Assembly: GCF_016903815.1 (NCBI RefSeq) | Contig: NZ_CP069973.1 | DNA from: Escherichia coli | GTDB taxonomy: Bacteria; Pseudomonadota; Gammaproteobacteria; Enterobacterales; Enterobacteriaceae | Reading direction: 5' to 3' (one strand) | DNA length: 64,000 nt | Part shown: positions 11,138 to 22,744 of the stretch, piece after piece | Position numbering within the stretch: position 1 is the first letter of the stretch | Layout of the letters: every line of letters starts with the position of its first letter | The notes under the pieces: model-generated | The model's input: only the letters and a program-made list of their open reading frames with translations | What the model was told of the DNA's origin: nothing | The model's database searches: none | Made by a program: the position numbers and the translations under genes

Positions 11138-11719
11138 TTAGTCTTTATCGATTCGGCTGGCTACCGCGCCCTGCTGGTTGCGATATTTCGCATCTTCACG
11201 GCGGTTGTAAGGTCGCGCCGCCGGGCCGGAAAGCGGCTCAAAGCTCAGCGCACCAATTAACATGCCCGGACGCAGCGCCAGCGGCAGCTTACCGGAGTTG
11301 TAGAACTCCAGCACAATACAGCCAGACCAGCCCGGATCGATACGGTGCGCGGTGACGTGCACCATAAGCCCCAGACGCGCCAGTGAGGAACGACCGTCCA
11401 GCCATCCCACCAGATCGGCTGGCAGCGTCACCGACTCCAGCGTCACCGCCAGCGCCAGCTCTCCTGGGTGAAGATAAAACGCCTCGCTTTCATCGAGTAC
11501 GATCTCATCGCTCATCACGCGGTCAAGCGCGGCGCTCACTTCATCTTTGGGACCGCTCAGATCGATAAACGCTGCCGTGTGACCACGGAAGGTACGAAAT
11601 TTATTGCCCAGGCGCACATCCACCGTCGCGCCATTAATACGCTCCACTGGCGGACGTGGGTTGATCGACAAACGGCCTTCATCAAGCCAGGCTTCAATAT
11701 CTCGGTCACACAGACGCAT
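11138..11719 (-). CDS. dcd: dCTP deaminase
   Basis: 193-aa ORF beginning [19 protein letters not shown]; size and synteny. Confidence 0.9.
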   Translation of the reverse strand: MRLCDRDIEAWLDEGRLSINPRPPVERINGATVDVRLGNKFRTFRGHTAAFIDLSGPKDEVSAALDRVMSDEIVLDESEAFYLHPGELALAVTLESVTLPADLVGWLDGRSSLARLGLMVHVTAHRIDPGWSGCIVLEFYNSGKLPLALRPGMLIGALSFEPLSGPAARPYNRREDAKYRNQQGAVASRIDKD

Positions 11720-11810
11720 GGCATTTTCTCCTTTCGTGCATCACTCCCTTAACGCCAATTACGTCAAGGGCATACCAGGTTATCACTGAACGGTACACAA
11801 TTTATCAAGC

Positions 11811-12452
11811 TTATTCAAAGAACTGACTTATTTTCGCTTTCAATATATCGATGGCGATGCGGTTTTTCCCGCCGCGCGGCACGATAATGTCCGCATATTG
11901 TTTAGAAGGCTCAATGAATTGCAGGAACATCGGGCGCACGGTTTTTTGATATTGCGCCATCACTGAATCCATTGAACGCCCACGCTCGTTAACGTCACGC
12001 TTGATGCGGCGCATCAGGCAGATATCCAGCGGGGTATCAACGAAAATTGAGAAGTTAAGTTCATCACGCAAACGCGCATCCGTCAGCAGCAAAATGCCTT
12101 CGAGAATGATGACTTTCTTCGGCTCAACCGTCACCGTTTCTTTCATACGCGTATGTTCAACATAGCTGTAAACCGGCAGGTCAATGGCCGAGCCGCGTTT
12201 CAATGCTTGTAAATGCTCAAGCAGCAGGCTGTGATCCATCGCGCTGGGATGGTCGTAGTTGGTCTTAACGCGTTCTTCCATCGACAGATGGCTTTGATCT
12301 TTGTAATAGCAGTCTTCGGGAATTACGCCGATGTGTTCATCACCGACTTGCTCACGTAATTCACGATAAAGGGTACTGGCAATAAGACTCTTGCCGGAAG
12401 CCGATGCGCCAGCGATACCGATAATGACGCACTGATGAGACTGATCAGTCAT
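11811..12452 (-). CDS. udk: Uridine/cytidine kinase
   Basis: ORF track 234 aa; internal start [22 protein letters not shown] (P-loop) gives 213 aa. Confidence 0.9.
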
Positions 12453-12769
12453 ATATTTAGCGACCTGATTAACCTGGATGTTAGGAAGGGGGCGACGAAG
12501 CGCCAAACGCGGCAATTATAGGGATTTCATCCGCCTGATACCAGTCGAATAGCGTTGCCGCGCGCTCAGAGTAATTGTTGACGAATAATTCCCGGTGGCA
12601 AATTACGTTGTTCAGTTTTAATGCAAGGTAAAAATTGTTATACGAAGTTGCGCAAATTATCCGCCTTTACGTCACTTTATGAGCAATTCGCATATAAAAT
12701 GTAAAACTTTTGTACTAGCATAAACACAGAAACGAATACTGGCGACCTGGTCTTACGGATAAAGCGGTA

Positions 12770-15700
12770 ATGAGCAAACAATCACAGCATGTATTAATTG
12801 CCCTGCCCCACCCGCTGCTTCACCTGGTCAGTTTAGGTTTAGTCTCGTTTATCTTTACCCTTTTCTCGCTTGAGCTTTCGCAGTTTGGCACCCAACTCGC
12901 CCCATTGTGGTTCCCGACGTCCATCATGATGGTGGCGTTTTATCGCCATGCCGGGCGCATGTGGCCGGGGATTGCGCTGAGCTGCTCGCTGGGAAATATC
13001 GCCGCATCCATCCTGCTTTTTTCCACCAGCTCGCTGAACATGACCTGGACGACCATCAATATTGTTGAAGCCGTGGTCGGGGCAGTGCTACTGCGTAAAT
13101 TGCTGCCGTGGTATAACCCATTGCAAAATCTGGCTGACTGGCTGCGTCTGGCACTCGGCAGCGCCATTGTTCCGCCTCTGTTGGGGGGTGTTCTGGTTGT
13201 CCTGCTGACGCCCGGAGACGATCCTCTCAGGGCATTTTTGATATGGGTACTTTCAGAATCCATCGGCGCACTGGCACTGGTGCCGCTGGGGTTGTTATTT
13301 AAACCACACTATCTGCTGCGCCATCGCAACCCACGGTTGCTTTTTGAGTCGCTGCTCACGTTAGCCATCACACTGACGTTAAGCTGGCTTTCGATGCTGT
13401 ATCTGCCGTGGCCTTTTACTTTCATTATTGTGCTGTTGATGTGGAGCGCCGTGCGCCTGCCACGAATGGAAGCCTTTTTGATCTTCCTTACCACGGTGAT
13501 GATGGTGTCACTGATGATGGCCGCTGATCCCTCCCTGCTTGCTACGCCGCGTACATACCTGATGAGCCATATGCCGTGGCTACCGTTTTTGCTGATCCTG
13601 CTGCCCGCCAACATCATGACCATGGTGATGTATGCCTTTCGTGCGGAACGCAAACACATTTCCGAAAGCGAAACCCGTTTTCGTAACGCGATGGAATATT
13701 CCGCCATCGGCATGGCATTAGTGGGCACCGAAGGGCAATGGCTGCAATCCAACAAAGCACTCTGCCAGTTTCTCGGTTACAGTCAGGAAGAACTGCGCGG
13801 ACTCACCTTTCAGCAACTGACCTGGCCGGAGGATCTCAATAAAGATCTGCAACAGGTTGAAAAGCTGATCAGCGGTGAAATAAACACCTATTCAATGGAA
13901 AAACGCTACTACAACCGCAATGGCGATGTTGTCTGGGCGTTGCTTGCCGTCTCACTGGTACGCCACACGGATGGCACGCCGCTCTATTTTATCGCTCAGA
14001 TTGAAGACATTAACGAGCTAAAACGCACCGAACAGGTGAATCAGCAACTGATGGAGCGCATCACGCTGGCTAACGAAGCGGGCGGGATTGGCATCTGGGA
14101 GTGGGAGCTAAAGCCGAATATTTTTAGCTGGGATAAGCGGATGTTCGAGCTGTATGAAATTCCTCCGCATATCAAACCGAACTGGCAGGTGTGGTACGAG
14201 TGCGTGCTGCCGGAAGATCGCCAGCACGCCGAAAAAGTGATTCGCGATTCATTGCAATCACGCTCTCCCTTTAAACTGGAATTTCGCATTACCGTGAAAG
14301 ACGGCATTCGCCATATCCGCGCCCTCGCTAACCGGGTACTGAATAAAGAAGGCGAAGTCGAACGCCTGCTCGGCATTAATATGGATATGACCGAAGTGAA
14401 ACAGCTTAACGAGGCATTGTTTCAGGAAAAAGAGCGCCTGCACATTACGCTGGACTCCATCGGTGAAGCCGTGGTCTGTATTGATATGGCGATGAAAATT
14501 ACCTTTATGAATCCGGTGGCGGAGAAGATGAGCGGCTGGACGCAGGAAGAAGCATTAGGTGTTCCGCTCCTGACGGTGTTGCATATTACTTTTGGCGACA
14601 ACGGACCATTAATGGAGAACATTTACAGTGCCGACACCTCACGTTCCGCGATTGAACAAGATGTGGTGTTGCACTGTCGGAGCGGCGGCAGCTACGACGT
14701 GCATTATAGTATTACGCCGTTAAGTACTCTGGACGGCAGCAATATAGGCTCGGTTCTGGTGATTCAGGACGTCACCGAATCACGCAAAATGCTGCGCCAG
14801 CTGAGCTACAGCGCCACCCATGATGCACTGACGCATCTCGCCAATCGCGCCAGTTTTGAGAAGCAACTGCGTATCCTGCTGCAAACGGTAAACAATACAC
14901 ATCAGCGACATGCACTGGTGTTTATCGATCTTGATCGCTTTAAAGCGGTGAATGACAGCGCCGGGCACGCCGCTGGCGACGCTTTGTTGCGCGAACTGGC
15001 GTCATTGATGCTGAGTATGCTGCGCTCCAGCGACGTGCTGGCGCGACTCGGTGGCGATGAATTTGGTCTGCTGCTGCCAGACTGTAATGTCGAAAGTGCG
15101 CGTTTTATCGCTACACGCATTATCAGCGCCGTTAATGACTATCACTTTATCTGGGAAGGACGAGTACATCGGGTAGGTGCCAGTGCCGGGATTACCTTGA
15201 TTGATGACAACAATCATCAGGCAGCTGAAGTGATGTCGCAGGCTGATATCGCCTGTTATGCCTCCAAAAATGGTGGACGGGGCCGGGTGACGATTTACGA
15301 ACCGCAGCAAGCTGCCACACATAGCGAACGGGCGGCGATATCGCTTGATGAACAGTGGCGGATGATTAAAGAAAATCAGTTGATGATGATCGCCCACGGT
15401 GTCGCTTCGCCGCGGATCCCGGAAGCACGTAATTTGTGGCTGATTTCACTTAAGCTCTGGAGTTGCGAAGGCGAGATTATTGATGAACAAACATTTCGTC
15501 GTAGCTTCAGCGATCCGGCACTTAGCCATGCTCTTGACCGACGGGTATTCCACGATTTTTTCCAGCAGGCCGCAAAAGCTATTGCCAGTAAAGGCTTAAG
15601 TATCGCCCTCCCCCTTTCCGTTGCCGGTTTGAGTAGCGCCACGCTGGTGAATGAACTAATTGAGCAGCTGGAAAATAGCCCTCTACCACCACGGTTATTA

Positions 15701-16087
15701 CATCTGATTATTCCGGCAGACGCGATTTTAGATCACGCAGAAAGCGTGCAAAAACTGCGGCTGGCGGGATGTCGGATCGTATTCAGTCAGGTGGGCCGCG
15801 ATCTGCAAATCTTCAACTCGCTGAAAGCAAATATGGCAGATTACCTGCTACTTGATGGTGAGTTATGCGCCAACGTGCAGGGAAATTTGATGGATGAGAT
15901 GCTGATTACGATCATTCAGGGGCACGCTCAGCGGCTCGGGATGAAGACCATCGCCGGGCCAGTAGTTTTACCCCTGGTGATGGATACGCTTTCTGGCATC
16001 GGCGTCGATCTGATTTATGGCGATGTGATTGCCGATGCCCAACCGCTGGATTTGCTGGTGAATAGCAGTTATTTCGCGATTAACTAA
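12770..16087 (+). CDS. dgcE: Diguanylate cyclase DgcE (YegE): membrane sensor with PAS, GGDEF and degenerate EAL domains
   Basis: 1105-aa ORF; multi-TM N-terminus, PAS-like regions, and a GGDEF active-site variant (RLGGDEFGLLL). Confidence 0.9.
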   Translation: MSKQSQHVLIALPHPLLHLVSLGLVSFIFTLFSLELSQFGTQLAPLWFPTSIMMVAFYRHAGRMWPGIALSCSLGNIAASILLFSTSSLNMTWTTINIVEAVVGAVLLRKLLPWYNPLQNLADWLRLALGSAIVPPLLGGVLVVLLTPGDDPLRAFLIWVLSESIGALALVPLGLLFKPHYLLRHRNPRLLFESLLTLAITLTLSWLSMLYLPWPFTFIIVLLMWSAVRLPRMEAFLIFLTTVMMVSLMMAADPSLLATPRTYLMSHMPWLPFLLILLPANIMTMVMYAFRAERKHISESETRFRNAMEYSAIGMALVGTEGQWLQSNKALCQFLGYSQEELRGLTFQQLTWPEDLNKDLQQVEKLISGEINTYSMEKRYYNRNGDVVWALLAVSLVRHTDGTPLYFIAQIEDINELKRTEQVNQQLMERITLANEAGGIGIWEWELKPNIFSWDKRMFELYEIPPHIKPNWQVWYECVLPEDRQHAEKVIRDSLQSRSPFKLEFRITVKDGIRHIRALANRVLNKEGEVERLLGINMDMTEVKQLNEALFQEKERLHITLDSIGEAVVCIDMAMKITFMNPVAEKMSGWTQEEALGVPLLTVLHITFGDNGPLMENIYSADTSRSAIEQDVVLHCRSGGSYDVHYSITPLSTLDGSNIGSVLVIQDVTESRKMLRQLSYSATHDALTHLANRASFEKQLRILLQTVNNTHQRHALVFIDLDRFKAVNDSAGHAAGDALLRELASLMLSMLRSSDVLARLGGDEFGLLLPDCNVESARFIATRIISAVNDYHFIWEGRVHRVGASAGITLIDDNNHQAAEVMSQADIACYASKNGGRGRVTIYEPQQAATHSERAAISLDEQWRMIKENQLMMIAHGVASPRIPEARNLWLISLKLWSCEGEIIDEQTFRRSFSDPALSHALDRRVFHDFFQQAAKAIASKGLSIALPLSVAGLSSATLVNELIEQLENSPLPPRLLHLIIPADAILDHAESVQKLRLAGCRIVFSQVGRDLQIFNSLKANMADYLLLDGELCANVQGNLMDEMLITIIQGHAQRLGMKTIAGPVVLPLVMDTLSGIGVDLIYGDVIADAQPLDLLVNSSYFAIN

Positions 16088-16124
16088 GGCGTGCTTCCCC
16101 ATCGCCTGATGCGGCGTATCAGGC

Positions 16125-16982
16125 CTACAATTCGTCCGTTCCGTCTGGTTGCCAGCCTTCCGTATACCAGATATGCAACAGCGCATAAGAACGCCAGGGC
16201 TTCCAGCGTTCGGCATAACGGCGGATTTGTGCCGGTGTCATTCCCGGAAATCGCTGTTTAATCAGATAATCATCCGGCAGGAAAACATCTTTCGCCTGCC
16301 AGCCACGTAAGGCGAAATAATTCGCCGTCCAGCGCCCGATACCCGGAAAAGTTTGCAGCATTTTCATCGCCTGCTCCACATCGCCCGGAATTGTCATTGA
16401 TAAGGTGCCCTCCAGCGCCGCATTTGCCAGATGAATCAGTGCCTCTGCCCGTTTCAACGGCATACCTAACGCTTTTAATGCCTGCGGGTCGGCTGCTGCC
16501 AGCCGCTGAGGCGTGGGGAAGCAGACATAATCCGGAAAATCATCCAGCCGTTCGCCATAAAGCTGTGCCACTCTGGCGGTCAATTTTGCCGCCATCGCCA
16601 CGCTCACCAGTTGGCCTAAAATCGCCCGCACGCCCTGCTCAAAAGCATCAACACAACCAGGTAAACGCAATCCGGGCCGCGCCGCGCCTAACTTGCCCAA
16701 CGCACCGTTAACAATCTGCGGGTTACATTGCAGATCAAACAGGCGGCTCATTTTCGCCAGACACTCTGCGGCAACAGGTTCTAAACCTGCACTTAAATTT
16801 ATGTGCAGAGTATGGCGGGCTATATCCGGAATAGCAGTCACCACGCCGCGACATTCGCCCACCGCCAGACTACGGGCATAATAATCGTCAGCGACCGTTT
16901 CCACACCGTTCACCGCACGGGCGGCGAGAAATCCCAACATCCACGACCAGTCATACGGCGGCTGCCAGTTCAAGGTATACAT
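16125..16982 (-). CDS. alkA: 3-methyladenine DNA glycosylase II AlkA
   Basis: 285-aa ORF starting MYTLNWQPPYDWSWMLGFLAARAV; size and synteny. Confidence 0.9.
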   Translation of the reverse strand: MYTLNWQPPYDWSWMLGFLAARAVNGVETVADDYYARSLAVGECRGVVTAIPDIARHTLHINLSAGLEPVAAECLAKMSRLFDLQCNPQIVNGALGKLGAARPGLRLPGCVDAFEQGVRAILGQLVSVAMAAKLTARVAQLYGERLDDFPDYVCFPTPQRLAAADPQALKALGMPLKRAEALIHLANAALEGTLSMTIPGDVEQAMKMLQTFPGIGRWTANYFALRGWQAKDVFLPDDYLIKQRFPGMTPAQIRRYAERWKPWRSYALLHIWYTEGWQPDGTDEL

Positions 16983-17115
16983 CGCATCTCCTTGTTAATC
17001 CGCTTTCAGCATAAACGTTATTCAGACGCTACGCTTTGCTTTCATATTCCGGTTGTCGCGACGGCAACATTTCGCTAAAGTCACGCCCCTTCTTCACCGG
17101 CATGGGGATTATTTC

Positions 17116-18468
17116 GTGTTTATTGGTTTTGATTACGGTACAGCAAACTGTTCAGTGGCGGTCATGCGCGACGGTAAGCCGCAATTACTGAAAATGGAAA
17201 ACGACAGCACGCTGCTGCCTTCAATGCTTTGCGCGCCAACGCGTGAAGCGGTAAGCGAATGGCTGTACCGCCATCATGATGTTCCGGCAGACGACGATGA
17301 AACGCAGGCGCTGTTGCGTCGGGCGATTCGTTATAACCGCGAAGAAGATATCGATGTTACGGCGAAAAGCGTGCAGTTCGGTCTTTCCTCACTGGCACAG
17401 TACATTGATGATCCAGAAGAAGTGTGGTTTGTGAAATCACCAAAATCGTTCCTCGGTGCCAGCGGCTTAAAACCGCAGCAGGTAGCGCTGTTTGAGGATC
17501 TGGTCTGCGCAATGATGTTGCACATTCGCCAGCAGGCGCAGGCACAGCTGCCAGAAGCGATTACTCAGGCGGTGATTGGTCGCCCTATCAACTTCCAGGG
17601 GCTGGGCGGCGATGAAGCAAACACCCAGGCGCAGGGGATTCTGGAACGCGCGGCGAAGCGTGCCGGGTTTAAGGATGTGGTATTCCAGTACGAGCCGGTC
17701 GCGGCTGGGCTGGATTACGAAGCCACCTTGCAGGAAGAAAAACGGGTGCTGGTGGTGGATATCGGCGGTGGTACGACTGACTGTTCATTGCTGCTGATGG
17801 GGCCGCAGTGGCGTTCGCGTCTCGATCGTGAAGCCAGCCTGCTGGGTCACAGTGGTTGCCGTATTGGCGGTAACGATCTGGATATCGCACTGGCGTTTAA
17901 AAACCTGATGCCGTTACTGGGCATGGGTGGCGAAACCGAAAAAGGCATCGCCCTGCCGATTCTGCCGTGGTGGAATGCGGTTGCCATCAACGACGTACCT
18001 GCGCAAAGTGATTTCTACAGTAGTGCCAACGGTCGTCTGCTTAACGATCTGGTACGCGATGCCCGCGAACCGGAAAAAGTGGCCCTGTTACAGAAAGTCT
18101 GGCGTCAGCGTTTAAGCTATCGCCTGGTACGTAGCGCAGAAGAGAGCAAAATTGCGCTTTCAAGCGTAGCGGAAACCCGCGCCTCACTGCCGTTTATCAG
18201 CGATGAACTGGCTACGCTGATTAGCCAGCAAGGGCTGGAAAGCGCCCTCAACCAGCCACTGGCGCGGATTCTGGAACAGGTGCAACTGGCGCTGGATAAC
18301 GCCCAAGAAAAACCGGATGTTATCTATCTGACCGGCGGTAGCGCCCGTTCACCGCTGATTAAAAAAGCGCTGACAGAACAGTTGCCGGGCATTCCGATTG
18401 CAGGTGGCGATGACTTTGGCTCCGTCACCGCCGGGCTGGCACGCTGGGCGGAAGTGGTGTTTCGTTAA
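17116..18468 (+). CDS. yegD: Hsp70-family (DnaK-like) protein YegD
   Basis: Actin/Hsp70 ATPase fold motifs (IGFDYGTANCSVA, VVDIGGGTTD). ORF track starts at 17053 (471 aa); GTG at 17116 gives about 450 aa. Start choice is uncertain. Confidence 0.8.
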   Translation: MFIGFDYGTANCSVAVMRDGKPQLLKMENDSTLLPSMLCAPTREAVSEWLYRHHDVPADDDETQALLRRAIRYNREEDIDVTAKSVQFGLSSLAQYIDDPEEVWFVKSPKSFLGASGLKPQQVALFEDLVCAMMLHIRQQAQAQLPEAITQAVIGRPINFQGLGGDEANTQAQGILERAAKRAGFKDVVFQYEPVAAGLDYEATLQEEKRVLVVDIGGGTTDCSLLLMGPQWRSRLDREASLLGHSGCRIGGNDLDIALAFKNLMPLLGMGGETEKGIALPILPWWNAVAINDVPAQSDFYSSANGRLLNDLVRDAREPEKVALLQKVWRQRLSYRLVRSAEESKIALSSVAETRASLPFISDELATLISQQGLESALNQPLARILEQVQLALDNAQEKPDVIYLTGGSARSPLIKKALTEQLPGIPIAGGDDFGSVTAGLARWAEVVFR

Positions 18469-18480
18469 TTGAAAACTGGC

Positions 18481-20421
18481 TCAGCAACGGCTTAAATCAG
18501 CCTGCGCCTGAGCCAGTTTTTCTGCCGCCTGACGTAACGGTTCCATCAACGGCATGGTCCGTGCTGGAGCATGAAGGCGGAATCGCTGCAACTCTGTCGC
18601 ACCGACAGTCAGCGCCGATTCCAGCCGATGTCGTTTGGCGGCCATTTTTGCCATTACCGCTTGTCTGTCTGCAGGCGTTACCGCTTCGTTCGGCCTGAAA
18701 ACAAAACGGCGTTCGCAACTCGCTTTCCAGTCGATAACCGCCTGGGTCAGATGATCACCAAAACCTTTCACTTGCTTAACGCTCCGTCGGGTAACGTCTG
18801 CCGCCGTTTCAATACCAAAGGACCGTAACGCCGCTTTACGCGCAGGGCCAACGCCGGGAATAGAGGCAACATCAATAAAAAATCCCTCCAGAAACTTCTG
18901 CTTCTGCCGTTCCCTTGCGGTGTCCTGAAGTGCTGCCAGAGCGCGTTTCTCTTCTTCCGGTAACCCGAGAATTTCGTCCTTCATTTTTTCGAGCATCGCC
19001 CGTTTGGCGATAAAACCTTCCAGCCCGCCCAACTGTTGGATCTGGCTGACTAAATGGTCATAGTCCATTTTCGCGCGATTAAATGCCTCACGGCGTTGCT
19101 GGATTTCTGCTTTATAAGCTTTGCTTGTCAGACTGCCAATAATCCAGATAGCCGCCAGCACAGGAACCAAAATGATATAACGCGGTTCTGCCTGAAGGCC
19201 GCAAAGCAACAGCGATAACGCTGACAGTGCGATCTCAATCAGAATGATGTATTCGCGCCGTAACAGGCCTAAAGGAAGCGGCCTGCCAGCAGCCTGGAAA
19301 TGATCGGGTAATGGCAATTGCAATGCTGGCGGTGCTACTGACGCCATCACCATCGCCCAGACTTTCGCCAGCACAAAATCACCGCTGGTGGTAATGACCT
19401 CTTCGCCGAGATCAATAAAATAGATAACGCCTTGATTATCCAGCGCACACCACGGGCAGTCAGTCAAATGACCGGGGTAAACATGCATTGCCGAAACGGT
19501 ACATTTCTTTAACTGTTGGCGTAGTAAATCAAGTGCCGCTACCCACGCTTTTGCCGTCGGACGCCCGGTTGCCACGCCACTTTCCGTGAATGCCTGCTGA
19601 AACATGGCTTCAACATCACCCGGTAACATCGACAGCGGAATAGATCGTGGCGGCGGTTTTAAACCACGTCGCTGATTATCTGACGCGTAGGCATAACGGA
19701 AATGGGCAATATCCGTCTCCAGTGCATTACCCGCATCAGAGATAAGCGGTACACCGGAATAAGGATGCCGCCCACCAAACAAGACGTGAAAAATCAGCAA
19801 CGCAAGGCCAAAATTATCGTGATTCGCGGTGCGTTCAAAGCCGACAAATGATGGCAAGGTTTGTAGCTCTGGCGGCGTAAAATGCGACACGCCGACTTCG
19901 CATAAATGCAGTGTGCCATTGGCGTTAATCTGAAAGGAGTCGCTATCAATCAACACCACTTTGCTGTCACGGCCTACCATAAAGCTGTTCTGGTTTACGT
20001 CACCCACGACGTGCTCGTGAACCGTAGCAAAAGATGAAGCAATATTGCGTGCAACATAGAGTAGAAAATCCCACGCACAATGAGGGTAACGTTGACGACG
20101 ATGTGCCGGGCTATAGATCATATGAATCGGTTCTTTACCAGAAACTTTTGGCATCATAAAACCGATAACCTTTCCGCCTCGTCCACCGTGAAGCGTTGCC
20201 TGCGGCCAGGCGACATAATTCAGCAACTGTGCGTCAGCTGTCGCAGCCATAAAGGCAAGTTTGTCCTGTTTTAAGGCGGGTGGCGGCGTGTGATAAATCT
20301 TGGCGACGCTATCGACAAACTCCTCGATATCATAAACCGCACCTTCACCACCTTTGCCCAGTTCACGCCCGAGAGTGGTCAATTCATCTGTCGATGTAAA
20401 TACTTTTATATTTTTCTTCAT
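18481..20421 (-). CDS. yegI: Eukaryotic-like Ser/Thr protein kinase YegI
   Basis: 646-aa ORF with N-terminal kinase-like domain, a central TM segment and a C-terminal region. Confidence 0.8.
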   Translation of the reverse strand: MKKNIKVFTSTDELTTLGRELGKGGEGAVYDIEEFVDSVAKIYHTPPPALKQDKLAFMAATADAQLLNYVAWPQATLHGGRGGKVIGFMMPKVSGKEPIHMIYSPAHRRQRYPHCAWDFLLYVARNIASSFATVHEHVVGDVNQNSFMVGRDSKVVLIDSDSFQINANGTLHLCEVGVSHFTPPELQTLPSFVGFERTANHDNFGLALLIFHVLFGGRHPYSGVPLISDAGNALETDIAHFRYAYASDNQRRGLKPPPRSIPLSMLPGDVEAMFQQAFTESGVATGRPTAKAWVAALDLLRQQLKKCTVSAMHVYPGHLTDCPWCALDNQGVIYFIDLGEEVITTSGDFVLAKVWAMVMASVAPPALQLPLPDHFQAAGRPLPLGLLRREYIILIEIALSALSLLLCGLQAEPRYIILVPVLAAIWIIGSLTSKAYKAEIQQRREAFNRAKMDYDHLVSQIQQLGGLEGFIAKRAMLEKMKDEILGLPEEEKRALAALQDTARERQKQKFLEGFFIDVASIPGVGPARKAALRSFGIETAADVTRRSVKQVKGFGDHLTQAVIDWKASCERRFVFRPNEAVTPADRQAVMAKMAAKRHRLESALTVGATELQRFRLHAPARTMPLMEPLRQAAEKLAQAQADLSRC

Positions 20422-20618
20422 AATGTTTCAAGGGCAGTCATATTATATTTCAATGAATAATAACACTGCCCATTATAATTATTTCTATATGGGAAGAGTC
20501 CACTCAAGAATAAAAATGATAATGTAATTTCATCAGGATACAATTCAATTCCAACCTGATAATGATTAACTTCCACAGGTTTTGCTAACTTTTACTACAC
20601 AGAGATTCTGGAGAAAAA

Positions 20619-21080
20619 ATGAAAAAGATATTACTTATGTTGAGTCTGCTATTTTTTACTACCGCGGGCTTTAGTGAAGTTTCGGATACGTTAGTGACGG
20701 GAGGTTATGATAAACAAGCGATGTCTGACGCCATTCAACATGCGCGGAAAGAAACTGATAAATTCATCGAGGTTATGAATAAAAAAGATGCCGATACTTT
20801 CGCGGTCAAAGCCCCGATAACCGATCACGGAAGAACAGAGCATTTCTGGCTTACGGATGTCACTTATTCTAACGGCATGTTTATTGGCGTAATAAGCAAT
20901 GACCCTGGTATTGTTACAAACGTAGAATATGGTCAGGAGTGGAAAATCAAGAAAGAAGATATTTCAGACTGGATGTATACGCGCGGGGATAAAATTTACG
21001 GCGGTTATACCATTGATCCTTTATTGGTCACCTATCCAAAAGAAGAAGCCGACGAGCTAAGAGCAAAATTAGTTCGCTAA
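20619..21080 (+). CDS. yegJ: Secreted protein YegJ (DUF2314-like)
   Basis: 153-aa ORF with signal peptide MKKILLMLSLLFFTTAGFS; divergent from yegI. Confidence 0.8.
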   Translation: MKKILLMLSLLFFTTAGFSEVSDTLVTGGYDKQAMSDAIQHARKETDKFIEVMNKKDADTFAVKAPITDHGRTEHFWLTDVTYSNGMFIGVISNDPGIVTNVEYGQEWKIKKEDISDWMYTRGDKIYGGYTIDPLLVTYPKEEADELRAKLVR

Positions 21081-21144
21081 CCAGCCATTATATTAATTGC
21101 TTAAACTGGCGGTTGAACTGTTGTCTTCAACCGCCATGCGATGT

Positions 21145-21906
21145 TCATTCTGTCCACAGCGCCAGTGCCAACGTTTTATCATCATCGGTACGCTCGTTTA
21201 CCGCCGGGCCGGACAAAAACTGCTTTAACAATTCAGGTAATAAATCGAGTTGTTCCTGCGTTGCTGACGCCAGCCCATTGAAAAACGGGGTAAAGAAAGG
21301 CACATGGGGAGAATTATCCAGCATATTTAACGCCAGCCGCTGGATACCATCCGTAAATGCTGCAACTTTGTGCGCACGCTCAGTGCTGGTGAAAGTTTCC
21401 AGTCTGGAAACCGCATCTTCATCGGTAATGAAGTGCGTCATGTTGGCATATTCACCCACCATCGGCGTGAGCGGCAGTTGCAGACCGTGCCCCAAATCTA
21501 CCACCATGCCGCCATCGCCAATCTGCATAATCAAGGTGCCGTCAGGCGATGAAATCAGTCCCAGAAATGTGCAGGCAAAATCGCGAACCTCTAATTCTTT
21601 TGCCTCTGCCTCGGCAAAAAGTCGCTGACGAATGGTCAGCACAATATCCGTGGCGAGGACATCATTAAGCCCCAATTCCCCGCCCTGCACTTTTTGCGAC
21701 ATATAAGCCATCGCTTCATTGACGGCGAGCATCGCGCCTTCGCCACCCTGCGAGACACTGCCTGCGCCATCAGCGACAAATACCGACAATAATGGCTGCT
21801 GGTCATTTAACCAGGCAACCTGCATCTGGCAGGCATCCTGGCAAGGCAAGTCCGCGCTGATGTGCGACGTTCCAACGGTTGATGCATAGACCAGACGCCA
21901 GCTCAC
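21145..21906 (-). CDS. pphC: PP2C-type Ser/Thr phosphatase PphC (YegK)
   Basis: 253-aa ORF; overlaps yegL stop by 4 bp (operon). Confidence 0.8.
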   Translation of the reverse strand: MSWRLVYASTVGTSHISADLPCQDACQMQVAWLNDQQPLLSVFVADGAGSVSQGGEGAMLAVNEAMAYMSQKVQGGELGLNDVLATDIVLTIRQRLFAEAEAKELEVRDFACTFLGLISSPDGTLIMQIGDGGMVVDLGHGLQLPLTPMVGEYANMTHFITDEDAVSRLETFTSTERAHKVAAFTDGIQRLALNMLDNSPHVPFFTPFFNGLASATQEQLDLLPELLKQFLSGPAVNERTDDDKTLALALWTE

Positions 21907-22562
21907 ACTGACGTCCAGCCTTTTGGCGCTTCCAGCACAACTTCCGTTCCCGGCGTGGAGTGGGAAACCGAACGCAGCGAACTGGATAACCAGCTAAACA
22001 GTTCACGGAATTGTAATCCCTGCAGTGGCAAAGGCTGACGAACGCTGATTTGTGCCAAAGTCTTCATATCCGCCCCCTGAACACCGATGGAAAAGAAGGC
22101 AAACTTCTTATCTTCTTCCCCCTGAAACACTTTGTTGGCGGCAGCCTGCCACTCATCGGTTGGAGCGCCATCGGTGATCAGGAAAATCCACGGGCGATAA
22201 TAGGAAATACCATTGGCGCGATACTCACGTTTGCGCTCCTCAACCATATCCAGGGCTTTGGTAATGGCGGCCCCCATTGGTGTATCGCCCTGGGCAAACA
22301 GGATGGGCGGGAAAAAATTAGCGGCGCTGGTAAAGGGTTGTTCCACATGCACCGGGCCGAACGTCACAATACCGAGTTCCACTCTTTTTAAGGCCAGCGA
22401 ATCGGCAAGCAGCTCATCGCGAAAGGTAACCAATCCGGCGTTAAGTTCATTAATGGGTCTACCGTTCATAGAACCAGAAACATCCAGCAGCAAAATGCAG
22501 GGGCAACGTGGTTCCGGGTTACTGGCAAAATCGCTGGTGGCAAACGTGATTTGTTCGCTCAT
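21903..22562 (-). CDS. yegL: von Willebrand factor A domain protein YegL (TerY-like)
   Basis: 219-aa ORF with vWA MIDAS motif (DVSGSM) near the N-terminus. Confidence 0.85.
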   Translation of the reverse strand: MSEQITFATSDFASNPEPRCPCILLLDVSGSMNGRPINELNAGLVTFRDELLADSLALKRVELGIVTFGPVHVEQPFTSAANFFPPILFAQGDTPMGAAITKALDMVEERKREYRANGISYYRPWIFLITDGAPTDEWQAAANKVFQGEEDKKFAFFSIGVQGADMKTLAQISVRQPLPLQGLQFRELFSWLSSSLRSVSHSTPGTEVVLEAPKGWTSV

Positions 22563-22744
22563 AAGAAATCCTTTCTTAGAGAATTATTGAGGTCCGGTAT
22601 CATACCGACTGCAACAATGAAATATGAGCAGGCAAAGCAACTTTCAGAATTAGGCCCGGCGGCGCAGAAAATTTTGCTATTCGCCTCGCAAGAACGGAGA
22701 GCCGTCGATTGACACTAAGGGCGGAGTGACATAATTTCAGGAGT

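Noticed and set aside
12940-15642. Several 60-150 aa ORFs on the minus strand within yegE/dgcE
   Set aside because: Shadow ORFs inside a long well-supported coding region.
21113-21628. 171-aa plus-strand ORF overlapping yegK
   Set aside because: Antisense to the PP2C phosphatase gene; Ser/Cys-rich low-complexity translation.
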